Origin: Planctomycetota bacterium
GTDB taxonomy: Bacteria; Planctomycetota; MHYJ01; WSZJ01; JACPWG01
Assembly: GCA_016197205.1 (NCBI GenBank)
Contig: JACPWG010000081.1
Coordinates: 151,657-215,656 of the forward strand
Reading direction: 5' to 3'
Length of the DNA: 64,000 nucleotides
Position numbers and translations under genes: made by a program
Shown: positions 37,734 through 47,452 of the stretch, one piece after another
Numbering within the stretch: position 1 is the first letter of the stretch
Layout: each line of letters opens with the position of its first letter
The notes under the pieces: model-generated
The model's input: the letters and a program-made list of their open reading frames with translations, nothing else
The model's database searches: none
What the model was told of the DNA's origin: nothing

Positions 37734-40700
37734 CTACCTCGGCGTCGCCTCGGCGCCGACGTTCGAAATTCCGGACTCGTTGCCGGCCGCGTCCCTGACC
37801 TTGAGCGCGAAGTAATAGAGCGTTCCGGGCTCGAGGCCGAGCGCCAAGGCCTCCTCCGGCTCTCCGGCCGCCCGGGGCGCCGGCGTCGCGACGGCACGGG
37901 CCGACGACCAGTTGGCCTCGGTGATCGCCGACGTGGAGCAGCGGAGATCATAGGCTGCGGCCCGTCCTGACCGGTGGTCATTCCCGCTCGCGGTCCACCG
38001 CACTCCCAGCGCGGTCGCCATCGCCCCCGCGGCCTCGCCGACCTCCAACTCCGCGACCTGCGCGTCGCCGCCCGACCCGTGCGCAAGCACCAGGCGTACG
38101 AACCGGGCCGGTGTGGCGGGGAACGCGAACACCGCATGCGTGCGCTCCTCCGCCCGGAACCCCGCGACGGTCGCCGCGACCGACCACCGGGCCCCGTCCT
38201 CGCTGGTCTCGAGCCGGAAATCCGCCGGGAAGAGGGAAGCGGAGCCTTCCCGCGGCAGGGCCCGCACCCGGTCCACCGGCCGGATGCCGCCGAGGTCGAG
38301 CGTCACGAATTCCTCGCGCAGCCCGCTCCCGGTTGCCGTGGACCACGCGGTGGAATACAGCCCGTCCGCGACCTTGTCTTTTCCACTCTCCGCCGACTGC
38401 TCGCTCGAGGCCGCGACGGCGCGCGCCGGCACGTACTGCCCGGTCCCCGCGACGACCTCCGCGGCGAGGTCGACGACCGCGGCGGGGGCCTCGGTGTCCG
38501 TGTCCGGGGCGGGGGCCGTGAAGGGGACCTTGACGATGCGTGACGCATTGCCTCCCCCGTCCACCAGGCGGACCCCGATCTCGACCGCCCGACCCGGAGG
38601 GAGGCCGGCCAGCAAGCAGCGTTCGTTCGTGCCCGCGGCGCTGGGCCTGCCGACTCCCGTCGCCTGCGTGGCGGACGACCAGGAGCCTTCGTCGAGAGGC
38701 GCGGGCCCAAAGCGCGCGTCATAGGTTTCGGGGCTGCCCTCCCCGGCGGCCGGCGCCGTCCAAGCAAGGGCCGCGAGCCCCGCCGCGGCGCCCCTGGGCG
38801 CGTGAGCCGTCAGTTCCGCGACCTGCGCGTAGCAATTCCGGGTCTCCGACTCCTGCGCGGACGTCCCTCCGAACCGTACGTAGCGGGCCGCCTCGGTCGG
38901 GAAGGAGAGTTCGACGGCGCCGCCGGAGGCGGTACCCGCGTCCCTCGCCACGGTCTTCCAGGAGCGGCCGTCCGCGCTCACCTCCACGAACCGATCGGTC
39001 GGGAAGAGTTGAGGGGTCTCGGCCCGAGGCGACGCTCGCACCCCCGCGACCGCGCACAGCGACCCCAGGTCGAGGACCAGGTGTTCCGTGCGCGGGCCGC
39101 GACTCGCGGCGGAGGACCAGCTCGTGCCGGCCTGTCCGTCCGCGGCCTTCTCCATCTCCCACCCGCCGCCGAGCACGCTCGACGCCTCGGCCACGCGGGC
39201 CGCGAGCGCCTCGCCGTTCCCGGTGACCTCGCGGGCCGACAGCCCGGTGATCGGGTCGGGGGCGACGTGGTCCACGCTCGTCGAGGCGAAGGCGCCCGCC
39301 AAGGCGCCGGCATTCCCCGCGTCGTCGACTGCCTTGATCGCGAAAAAGAACGTCTGCCCGGCCGGCAGGTTCGTCACCAGGAACGTCTCCGCGCTGCCCG
39401 AGGTCAGCGGCGCGGGCACGCCCGCGACCGGCGTCGCCGCCGCGAAATTCCCCGCGTTGATGGCGGCGTTCGACTGCCGCAGATCGTAGGAAGTGGCCCT
39501 GCCGACGTTGCCGTCGTCACCGACCGCGGTCCACGTGAGACGCACCGCGCTCGAAAGCCCGGCGGGCGGCTCGAAGACCTGGAGCTCGCCGATCACGGTC
39601 GTGAAGAGGGTGCCGGACTTCGTCGTTTTGGTGACCAGGATGCGCACGAAGCGCGCCACGACCGGCGCGGGGAGCTTGTACGACTTCAACTCGCCGTTGG
39701 CGGCGACCTGGGCGGTGACCGAGAGTTGCGTGACGTAGTTCACGTCGTCGGCCGAGGTCTGGATCTGGAAGTCGACCGGGAAAAGGGCGTTGGAGTTGGT
39801 GCGCGGCGCGAGCTTGACGGTGCCGACGTTTCTCGAAGTCCCGTTGTCGACCACGAGGAACTCCGAGGTGAGGGCCTTGCGGAGAATGGACTGCCAGCCG
39901 GTCGTGAGGCTGCCGTCCGTCGCTTTTCCGAAGCCGGCATTCACCGAGTCCGAAGTCGAGCTGACGCGTTTGGCCAGGGCGGGGATCTGGGGGCCCTCGG
40001 CGACGGTTGCTTGGGCTGCGAGGTTCGTGATGGCCGCGGGGGCCGTGAGGTCGGTGGCCGTGACGGTGACGTTCACCGTGTTGGGGGAGCCCGTTGCCCC
40101 GGGCGCGGTGACGGTCAACACCGCCGGGAAGACCCCGGCGCTGAGCGTCGTGGTGTTCGCGGTGACGGTCACGGTCGCGTTGCCCGTGCCGGAGGTGGGC
40201 GACACGGTCACGAACGCCGCGTTGGAGGAGATGGACCAGTTGAGCGTGCTGCCGCCCGTGTTGGTGATCGAGAGGTTCTGCGTGGCGGGCTGGAGCGTCC
40301 CCTTCTCGCCGCCGGCGAAGGCGAAGGAGGAGGGCGCGACGCTGAGGACGGGCGCCAGTGCCACGTCCAGAGTCACGGCGATCTGTTGCGGCAATAATGG
40401 CGCCGCCGAGATGTCGATGTTGCCGTTTTGCTGGCCGACGGGGAGGCCCGTGACGTCGACAGTCGCAGTAACGACGTCGAAGGCGCCTGCCGTCAAACTT
40501 CCGCCGGTCTTGTCGAGGGTGAGGAAGCTCATGTTGTCCGACAAGGACCACGACATCCGGCCCCCGCCCGTGTTCGTGATCGTGAAGGTCTTGGTCGCGG
40601 GGTTCACTCCGACGAGGGTCGAATAGGCGAGCGCGGTCGGGGCCACGGTGAGAACGGACGCCGTGTCCGTCAGGTCCATGGTGACGGTCAGGAACTGGGT

Positions 40701-43700
40701 CTGCGGCGTGGGGGCGATGGAGGTGAAGGTGATCGTGCCCGTCTGCTTGCCGGGCGGCTCGCCGGCGCGGGTCGCCGTGACGGTCACGGTCGTATTGTTC
40801 GTGCCGGAGCTCGGCGAAATCGAGAGGAAGTCCGCGTTGGAGGTCGCGGTCCAGTTCAGGGTTCCGCCGCCGGTGTTGGATACGAGGAGGCTCTGCGTGG
40901 GGAGCGTACCCGCGCCGACCAGACCCGCGAAGGCGAGGGTGGAGGTCGAGATCCCGAGGATCGGGGGTTGCGGGAGGCCGCCGGTGATGTCGAGACTCCA
41001 GTTATTGATCGACCCGTTCCCCTTGAGCGCGGTGTCGCGTACGAAGAGGCTCCACGTCCCCTTGGCGGACTGGCCGTTCACCGAGGCCAGGGACTGCGTG
41101 GGGGCGGTCAAGGTGTCATACGTCGTGATGAGGTTCCTGGTGATGCCCCCGGTCTTGTTGTGCAGGATGACGGTGGTCCCCGCGGGCGACTTGAGGATCA
41201 CGGTCAGGTCACCGATGGCCGTGTGGCTGATGGCCACGGACACGTTCACTTCCTGCATGATGAGGTCGTCCGGGACCACGAGCGTGCTCGTGACCCCGTT
41301 GATGTTGTTGTCCGGGATTTTCAGCGCGGGGTTTTCGGTTTTCACGAAGAACTTCGTGACCGACGTCGGCTGGTCGATGTGGAGCGTGACCTGGACGACC
41401 TGGAGCGCGTTGCCGACACCGCCTCCCGTCGCGGCGATGGTGATGAAGCCTCCGTAGCCGCCCGCGGGGAGTCCCGCGATGTTGGCCGTGACGTTGATGC
41501 TGCCCGAGTCCGTCCCCGCAGCCGCGTCCAGGGTGAGCCAGGGGGCGTTGGGGGAAACCGTCGCGGTCCAGTCAAAGGTCCCGATGCTGGTGGGGTTGGA
41601 GATCGTCAAACTCACCGGGGCCGGGTTGGGGGCATCCTGCAGGGCGAGGAAGGCCACGTTGAGCGGGGATACCGACAGGACCGGGCCGGAGAAAACGCCC
41701 GTTGCGCTGAGTCGCCACTCGTTGAGCTGGCCGAAGTCGCTGAAGCCGTCGTTGTCCGACACGGTCAGCGTCCACGTGCCGAAAGCGTCGTCCCCGATCA
41801 GCGTCCCGAGGGACTCGAACGGCGCCGTTTGCGTGGGGTAGGTCGTCTTGATCGCCTGAGCGCCGAGACCCGTCTGGTTGTGGAGGAGGATGGTCTTGCT
41901 CGCGGGGGCGGGGGAGGTGAGCGTGACTTTCAGGGCACCGATGAAGGTGTGCGTGAGGTCCACGGATACGGCCATGTCCGAAAGCGTGATGTGCTGATTG
42001 ATGACGATCTGGCTGGAGACACCCGAGACGTTGTTGTCCGGAATGCTGAGCGGCGGGCTCTCCACGCGCAGGAACTGTATGTTGGTGGACGGGACTCCCA
42101 CGAAGTTCACGTTGACGAGGTTTGCGGTCGAGACCGACAGGTCCTTGATCCGGGCGGGTTGGAAGGCCAAGCCGGCCTTCGAGGGTGTGACCGTGTAGGT
42201 GCCGGGGGCCACGCTCGTGAAGCTGTAAATCCCGTCCTTGTTGGAGACGGTCGTCGCGGCGGTCCCATCGCTGAGCTCCAGGGTCACTCCGGCGATGGGA
42301 ACGAGAGCGGCGTCCGTGGTGGTGCCGGAGATCGTGAACAAGGTCGGAGCCGTGACCACTTTGCTCGTCACGACCACGAACGGCTGGGGGCCGGTCGGTA
42401 CGGAGCGGCCTGTGACCCGGACGATCCAGGTCCCGCCCAGGAAGGCGGGGATGGGGCCGGGGACGAACACCTGTTCGAGGGTGTCCACGTTGTTGCGGCC
42501 GGTGAGCGTCGGACCGTTCGGATCCCCCGTCCCGGGCCCGACGAACGGAAAGAAGACGGAGCCGTCCGGGGCGACCAGCTCCAGGTCCAGGTCGTTCACC
42601 CGCGCCAGCGCGGCGGCCGCGCTCCCCGGCGGGTCGATCCAGGTGAGCGTTGCCTTGAAATTCGGCGTCCCCGCGGGGACGTTCACCGTGAACGAACTCG
42701 TGTTCCCGTTGGAAATCTGGCCGGCGGAGAAGAAGGTCGGACCTGTCCCGATCAGGTCGGCGGCCGCCTTCACGTCGACAGAGCCATACCCGAACTTGTA
42801 GTCGGGACCCGGATTGCCGGTGTCCACGGCCGTTTGCGCGAGCAGGGCCTTGAGGAGGCCGGGCGGCGGGTTTCCGCCCACCACCTGCCGAAAGCGCTCG
42901 ATGAGGAGGGCGCAGCAGCCGGTGACCACGGGCGTGGACATCGAGGTCCCGTCGAAGACGCCATAGGAATCGTTGGGAAAGGTGGAAAGGACCGAAACGC
43001 CGTTGGCGCAGAAGTCCGGCTTGATCCGGCCGTCCGTCGTCGGACCGAAGCTGCTGAACGAGGACATCGTCCCGTTGTCGTTCAGCGCGCCGATCGCGAG
43101 CACGTTTTTCGCGGAGGCGATCGTGCTCATCACCCCGAAGCTGTCCACGCCGTTCCCGTCGTTGCCCGCGGCGAAGAGGATCGTGAGCGGGGCGGGCGCC
43201 GTCACGGCGCCCGGGAGCGCGACGGTGTCGGCATCCACCGTGAAGGACGAGTACTGGCCGGCGTTTCCGAACGCGAGTCCCCACGAATTCGTAGAGAGCA
43301 CGACGGAGCGCGCAGGAATCGCGGCGGTCATCTCGCCGAAGACGTCGCCGAAAAAGTCGAAGCTGAAGAGGCTCGCACGCGTGGCCATGCCCTTCGCTCC
43401 GGCAACGCCCGCGCCGCTGCCGAGGACCGTGCCGCACACGTGCGTCGCGTGCTCGTCGATCGTCGGGGCGGTCTCCCCGTTCTGGACGCGACCGCCGAAG
43501 TCCGCGTGCGCGCCTACGTTCCCGCCGTCCCATTCGCCGACGATTACGCCGTTGCCCGACAACCCGAGCGGGGCGGCGGTGACCTGGTCGACGTGGGCGA
43601 GCAGCGCGGCGTTCGCGTTGAGCGTGCGGGGCGGGGACGGGACCTGGTCCAGGTATTCGACGACGTCCTCCGCGGCGAAGGCGAGCGCCGCCTCCGGCGT

Positions 43701-44492
43701 CGACGCGGTGAGGGTCAAACGATGATTGAAGGCAAACTCCGTCGCGCCGGTCGTGAGGCCGGTGGCGAGCAGGGCCTCGGTGGTCTGCCGGAACGTGACC
43801 GAGTCGTAGAATTTCGCGTTCAGCCGGACCGCCCCCGAGGGCTCGACGGCCCAAGAGCCGTACTGCTTCAGGTACACGTTCGACGCGACCTTGTCCGCGA
43901 GCTCGATCTCGCCGACCCCGCGCACGAAGGGGAGCAGCAGGACCTTCTCGAACGTGTCGCGCATGACGTAGGTCAGGAAGGCGTAGGCGTCGAGGTAGCG
44001 TTCCAGCTCGACGCCGTAGTAGGCGAGTTCCTGGCGCTGTGCGGGCGTCGGGTTGTCTTCGAACTGCATCACGATGCGCTTGTGGTCGGTCGGGAAGTCG
44101 ATCTTGGAGTCCTTGGAAAGGGAGAAGTAGCGGGACTTGAGGCGGACGACGTACTTGCGCTCGGTCTCGGGGAGCGAGAGGCGCCAAGCCTCCCAGGCGG
44201 GGTGATCATAGAGCGCCGGAGGGCCGGCCACGGCCGCTCCGGCCCCTGCCGCCGCGCCGGCCGCGATCGGCGGGACGGTGCGTCCCTGCGGCCCCTGCCC
44301 TTCTTCCGGCGGCTGCGCCGGCGACCCGCTCTGCCGGCGGTGGACCTGCTGTCCCTTTCGCACCTCCCCGGGTCGCCCCGGTCGGTCGAGGCTCACGTCG
44401 AGCGCTACGATCATGGCGAAGAAGGCCACGGTCACGCACCCGGCGACCAGGCACTTCAACCTCTTAGAGGTGTTCATGCGCGCAGTCCTCAT
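37734..44492 (-). CDS. Giant multidomain S8 (subtilisin) serine protease
   Basis: Catalytic triad motifs EWDGG, HATHVCG and GTSMSTP, plus AAGN. Two proprotein-convertase P-domains (IPDNN), several BACON/Ig-like repeats, F5/8-like and FN3-like modules, and an N-terminal TM/signal segment. Confidence 0.9.
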   Translation of the reverse strand: MRTARMNTSKRLKCLVAGCVTVAFFAMIVALDVSLDRPGRPGEVRKGQQVHRRQSGSPAQPPEEGQGPQGRTVPPIAAGAAAGAGAAVAGPPALYDHPAWEAWRLSLPETERKYVVRLKSRYFSLSKDSKIDFPTDHKRIVMQFEDNPTPAQRQELAYYGVELERYLDAYAFLTYVMRDTFEKVLLLPFVRGVGEIELADKVASNVYLKQYGSWAVEPSGAVRLNAKFYDSVTFRQTTEALLATGLTTGATEFAFNHRLTLTASTPEAALAFAAEDVVEYLDQVPSPPRTLNANAALLAHVDQVTAAPLGLSGNGVIVGEWDGGNVGAHADFGGRVQNGETAPTIDEHATHVCGTVLGSGAGVAGAKGMATRASLFSFDFFGDVFGEMTAAIPARSVVLSTNSWGLAFGNAGQYSSFTVDADTVALPGAVTAPAPLTILFAAGNDGNGVDSFGVMSTIASAKNVLAIGALNDNGTMSSFSSFGPTTDGRIKPDFCANGVSVLSTFPNDSYGVFDGTSMSTPVVTGCCALLIERFRQVVGGNPPPGLLKALLAQTAVDTGNPGPDYKFGYGSVDVKAAADLIGTGPTFFSAGQISNGNTSSFTVNVPAGTPNFKATLTWIDPPGSAAAALARVNDLDLELVAPDGSVFFPFVGPGTGDPNGPTLTGRNNVDTLEQVFVPGPIPAFLGGTWIVRVTGRSVPTGPQPFVVVTSKVVTAPTLFTISGTTTDAALVPIAGVTLELSDGTAATTVSNKDGIYSFTSVAPGTYTVTPSKAGLAFQPARIKDLSVSTANLVNVNFVGVPSTNIQFLRVESPPLSIPDNNVSGVSSQIVINQHITLSDMAVSVDLTHTFIGALKVTLTSPAPASKTILLHNQTGLGAQAIKTTYPTQTAPFESLGTLIGDDAFGTWTLTVSDNDGFSDFGQLNEWRLSATGVFSGPVLSVSPLNVAFLALQDAPNPAPVSLTISNPTSIGTFDWTATVSPNAPWLTLDAAAGTDSGSINVTANIAGLPAGGYGGFITIAATGGGVGNALQVVQVTLHIDQPTSVTKFFVKTENPALKIPDNNINGVTSTLVVPDDLIMQEVNVSVAISHTAIGDLTVILKSPAGTTVILHNKTGGITRNLITTYDTLTAPTQSLASVNGQSAKGTWSLFVRDTALKGNGSINNWSLDITGGLPQPPILGISTSTLAFAGLVGAGTLPTQSLLVSNTGGGTLNWTATSNADFLSISPSSGTNNTTVTVTATRAGEPPGKQTGTITFTSIAPTPQTQFLTVTMDLTDTASVLTVAPTALAYSTLVGVNPATKTFTITNTGGGRMSWSLSDNMSFLTLDKTGGSLTAGAFDVVTATVDVTGLPVGQQNGNIDISAAPLLPQQIAVTLDVALAPVLSVAPSSFAFAGGEKGTLQPATQNLSITNTGGSTLNWSISSNAAFVTVSPTSGTGNATVTVTANTTTLSAGVFPAVLTVTAPGATGSPNTVNVTVTATDLTAPAAITNLAAQATVAEGPQIPALAKRVSSTSDSVNAGFGKATDGSLTTGWQSILRKALTSEFLVVDNGTSRNVGTVKLAPRTNSNALFPVDFQIQTSADDVNYVTQLSVTAQVAANGELKSYKLPAPVVARFVRILVTKTTKSGTLFTTVIGELQVFEPPAGLSSAVRLTWTAVGDDGNVGRATSYDLRQSNAAINAGNFAAATPVAGVPAPLTSGSAETFLVTNLPAGQTFFFAIKAVDDAGNAGALAGAFASTSVDHVAPDPITGLSAREVTGNGEALAARVAEASSVLGGGWEMEKAADGQAGTSWSSAASRGPRTEHLVLDLGSLCAVAGVRASPRAETPQLFPTDRFVEVSADGRSWKTVARDAGTASGGAVELSFPTEAARYVRFGGTSAQESETRNCYAQVAELTAHAPRGAAAGLAALAWTAPAAGEGSPETYDARFGPAPLDEGSWSSATQATGVGRPSAAGTNERCLLAGLPPGRAVEIGVRLVDGGGNASRIVKVPFTAPAPDTDTEAPAAVVDLAAEVVAGTGQYVPARAVAASSEQSAESGKDKVADGLYSTAWSTATGSGLREEFVTLDLGGIRPVDRVRALPREGSASLFPADFRLETSEDGARWSVAATVAGFRAEERTHAVFAFPATPARFVRLVLAHGSGGDAQVAELEVGEAAGAMATALGVRWTASGNDHRSGRAAAYDLRCSTSAITEANWSSARAVATPAPRAAGEPEEALALGLEPGTLYYFALKVRDAAGNESGISNVGAEATPR

Positions 44493-44850
44493 CGAAAGCC
44501 GTCTCGCGTGCGACTCCGAACCGCCCACTCCGCAGCCGTCGGGCGCAGCGCCTTCCCCACTTTCCCAGCGGCACGTGCTGGGCTTGGGCGACAGTATCCC
44601 AGATACACAGTAGGACAACAACAATGAAGTATGCGAAGTATAATCATGCGCCCGGAGGGGCGTCAAGAAATTTCCGGCACGGTACAAATCGGGCGGCAGG
44701 CCGAGCCTTGCTTCCGTCACGATCCGAAACGCCGTTACGAATTGCTACGCACCACAACGCCCCCCGGCTCGGCCTCACCGTGCCGGAAAAGCCCAGGTAG
44801 CCCATCCATTTCAACTGAATCAGCCTGAATGCTGGAATCATGTGCTTCTG

Positions 44851-44866
44851 TGGCGCGGTGCTTGCA
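44851..44866 (+). promoter_or_regulatory. Sigma54 (-24/-12) promoter
   Basis: TGGCGCG-GTGC-TTGCA versus consensus TGGCACG-N4-TTGCW, about 85 bp upstream of the pilin. Confidence 0.7.
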
Positions 44867-44949
44867 CTGGGGGGAAGCCATGATCGACGCGCGATCGGCG
44901 CGCGAAACGGATCGGCTTCACCCACTTTCAAGCTTCCTCGGAGGATGCC

Positions 44950-45201
44950 ATGAACAAGACTTTGCGAAATCTTCGTCACGACGCCAAGCTCCAGCAGGTG
45001 CGCGGACAGGCCATGACCGAGTACATCGTCATCGTTTCGCTCGTCGCCATCGGCTGCCTCATGACGGTCACGAGTTTCGGCCACCAGCTCGCCGAACTCT
45101 TCAAGCGGTCCACGAATGCCCTCAACAGCGGCACCGTGCAGGCGGTCAACCCCGTCCATGCGGAAGAATATGTCGGAATCGGCCAGTCGGACCGGTTCTA
45201 A
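44950..45201 (+). CDS. Flp-family type IVb/IVc pilin
   Basis: Prepilin motif RG|QAMTEY followed by a hydrophobic helix; GGAGG RBS. Confidence 0.85.
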   Translation: MNKTLRNLRHDAKLQQVRGQAMTEYIVIVSLVAIGCLMTVTSFGHQLAELFKRSTNALNSGTVQAVNPVHAEEYVGIGQSDRF

Positions 45202-45502
45202 CCGGGGTCGAACGAAACCCGATCCGTGCGAGGCGCTCGGCGCAGGGGAGGAAACGGTGGCGGGCGCCCTGCTGCGCAGGCGCGCGGCAAAGGCCGAACC
45301 CACGGCCGGGCGGGTCCTTCTTCGGAGGCCCCGCCCGGTCGCCTTTCTCGGCGGGGTTCCAACTGAAGTCGACCTCGCGCGCGCACGCCCTTGACGCCTC
45401 CCGCCTCGTGTCGCTAGAATCTCCCCCGTCTGCATGCGCGCGCCGTCCGTTCCAAACCCAATTCGCGAAATTGGCGTCACTCGCGGTTCCCTCCTTTCCA
45501 GG

Positions 45503-46963
45503 ATGCCGATGCGCCCTCTCTTCCTCCTCCAGGCCCGCCTCTTCGCCGTCGTCCTCCTCGCGGTCTCGTTCGCGGTACCGCTCCGCGCCCAGGACGCGGC
45601 GCGCGACCCCGTAGCCGCCGTCCGCCGTGAGAGCGCCGGGCTCTCCGACGCGGACCGGCGTGCGAAGTTCGAGAAGCTGGCCGGCTCCCCCGCGGACTTC
45701 TTCCGCGGCACGGCCCCGCTCTTCTGGGAGGACCTCGGGCGCGACCCGCGGCTCAAGACCTACGGCGGCGTGCCCGACACGCGCACCTGGGTGGTCGGCG
45801 ACCTGCACCCCGACAACTTCGGCTCCCGGGAGGACGATCGCGGTCGCGTGGTCTACGGCTTGAACGATTTCGATGCGGCGACGGTCGCGGACTACCAGCT
45901 GGACGTCTGGCGCATGGCCGCCGGCATTTCCCTCCGGGCGCGCGCCGCGGGGCTTGACCGCGAGGAGGAGCGCGAAGCGATGGAGGCCTTCGCCCGCGCC
46001 TACCGCGAGGGCCTGGAAGACCGCCGCGGCAAGGAACACCCCCGCGCCGAGCCGTTGAGCGCGGACACCGCCTCGGGACCTTTACGCGATTTCCTGCTGC
46101 GCGTCGAAAAAAAGAAAAGCCGCGCGGCCATGCTCCGCCAGTGGACCGCGAAGCACGGGGGCGAACGCGCCTTCGACGCGGCCTCCGGCAAGCTCGCCGC
46201 CGTGGATCCGACGACCCGGACGGCGGTCGGCGAAGGCATGCGGGACTACGGCAAGACCCTGAGCGGCGGCCTGCGGTGGGACCCGCGGTACTTCCATGTG
46301 AAGGTCGTCGCGCGGCGCGTCGGGGCCGGCACCGGTTCGCTGGGCGCGGACCGCTTCTACGTGCTGGTCGAGGGGGAGACCGACGCGGACGACGACGATC
46401 GGATCCTGGACGTCAAGCGGCAAACCCGGCCGCCGGCCGACGACGTGCTCCCGAAGTCCGAACGCGCGACGTTCGCCAATCCCGCCCTGCGGGCCGTGCT
46501 CGCCGAAAAAGCCCTGCTGCGCCACGCGGACGACCACCTGGGCTGGATGCGCGTGGGGGACGGGTTCTTCTCCGTGCGGGAGCTGTCGCCGTACAAAGAC
46601 GCCCTCTCGTCCGACGACCTGCGGGGAAAAAAAGACTTCCGGCGCATGTCCGAGGCGTGGGGCGGCATCCTCGCGGACGCGCATGCGGGGGCCGACAACG
46701 ACTTCGACCCGAAGTGGGTCGGACACTCGCTCGAACGGGGAGTGGCGGCGCGGCTCGGAAAGGACCGGAAGGGCTTTGACCGCCTGGTGGCGAGCGTCGG
46801 CTCCGAGTACGCCGACCGGGTCGAGCGGGACTTCCAGAGCTTCACGGCCTGGCGGGCGGCCGGCGGGGCCGGCGGCGGCGGGGGAGAGGGCGGCCGCGGC
46901 GCGGTCGAGAACCTGGAGGGCGCGGGCGAGGGGGGCGGAGGGGGTTCGTCGCGCCACCGCTAG
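45503..46963 (+). CDS. DUF2252-family (kinase-like) protein with signal peptide
   Basis: FFRGTA, GDLHPDNFG, LNDFD, GTGSLG, LDVK, AHA. Confidence 0.85.
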   Translation: MPMRPLFLLQARLFAVVLLAVSFAVPLRAQDAARDPVAAVRRESAGLSDADRRAKFEKLAGSPADFFRGTAPLFWEDLGRDPRLKTYGGVPDTRTWVVGDLHPDNFGSREDDRGRVVYGLNDFDAATVADYQLDVWRMAAGISLRARAAGLDREEEREAMEAFARAYREGLEDRRGKEHPRAEPLSADTASGPLRDFLLRVEKKKSRAAMLRQWTAKHGGERAFDAASGKLAAVDPTTRTAVGEGMRDYGKTLSGGLRWDPRYFHVKVVARRVGAGTGSLGADRFYVLVEGETDADDDDRILDVKRQTRPPADDVLPKSERATFANPALRAVLAEKALLRHADDHLGWMRVGDGFFSVRELSPYKDALSSDDLRGKKDFRRMSEAWGGILADAHAGADNDFDPKWVGHSLERGVAARLGKDRKGFDRLVASVGSEYADRVERDFQSFTAWRAAGGAGGGGGEGGRGAVENLEGAGEGGGGGSSRHR

Positions 46964-47376
46964 CGGGGCCTTCACCAGTTTAGACGTCCGCTCCGACCGA
47001 GGGCTCCGCAGTCGTGGGCCATGCCGCCCAACGCCCCGCCTGAAGGCGGAACTACGAACGGCCGCGCCGTCTTTCACCAACTGTGACCGCACTCGGTCAA
47101 CGGACTCCTGGGCCGCGTGGACGAAGTCCAGTCACGATGCCTGGGGGCGCGGGCCTCCGGCCCGCGCGAGCCGGCACACGGCGTCCGCAGGGCCGTAGGC
47201 GCCCGCGTGGAAACCGAACCGCGACCGTGAGGGAGCGGTCTGGGGGCGTCCTGCCATGATCTCCGGTTCGAGGCCGCCGACCCGCATGCGAGCGCCCTGC
47301 GAGCGCATCGGGCAGCGAGGTCGAAGCCGCGGCTCTGGAAGAACGTTCGGAGACCGCTCCCTCACGGTCGCGGTTC
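46961..47376. repeat. Repeat cluster: REP, family D copy and family G inverted pair
   Basis: CCGCCTGAAGGCGGAACTAC REP near 47036; D core at 47110-47170; GAACCGCGACCGTGAGGGAGCGGTC and its reverse complement at 47352-47376. Confidence 0.7.
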
Positions 47377-47452
47377 CGTGTGTCCGTCGCGGACTCGTTA
47401 CGCTTCAGTCGGCCTAATTTCGTGCACCCCCAGGATCGAGATTGAAGGCCCG

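Noticed and set aside
40428-44627. 1399-aa plus-strand ORF and other long antisense or alternate-frame ORFs
   Set aside because: These are shadow ORFs of real genes in high-GC DNA, Arg/Gly/Pro-rich and without motifs
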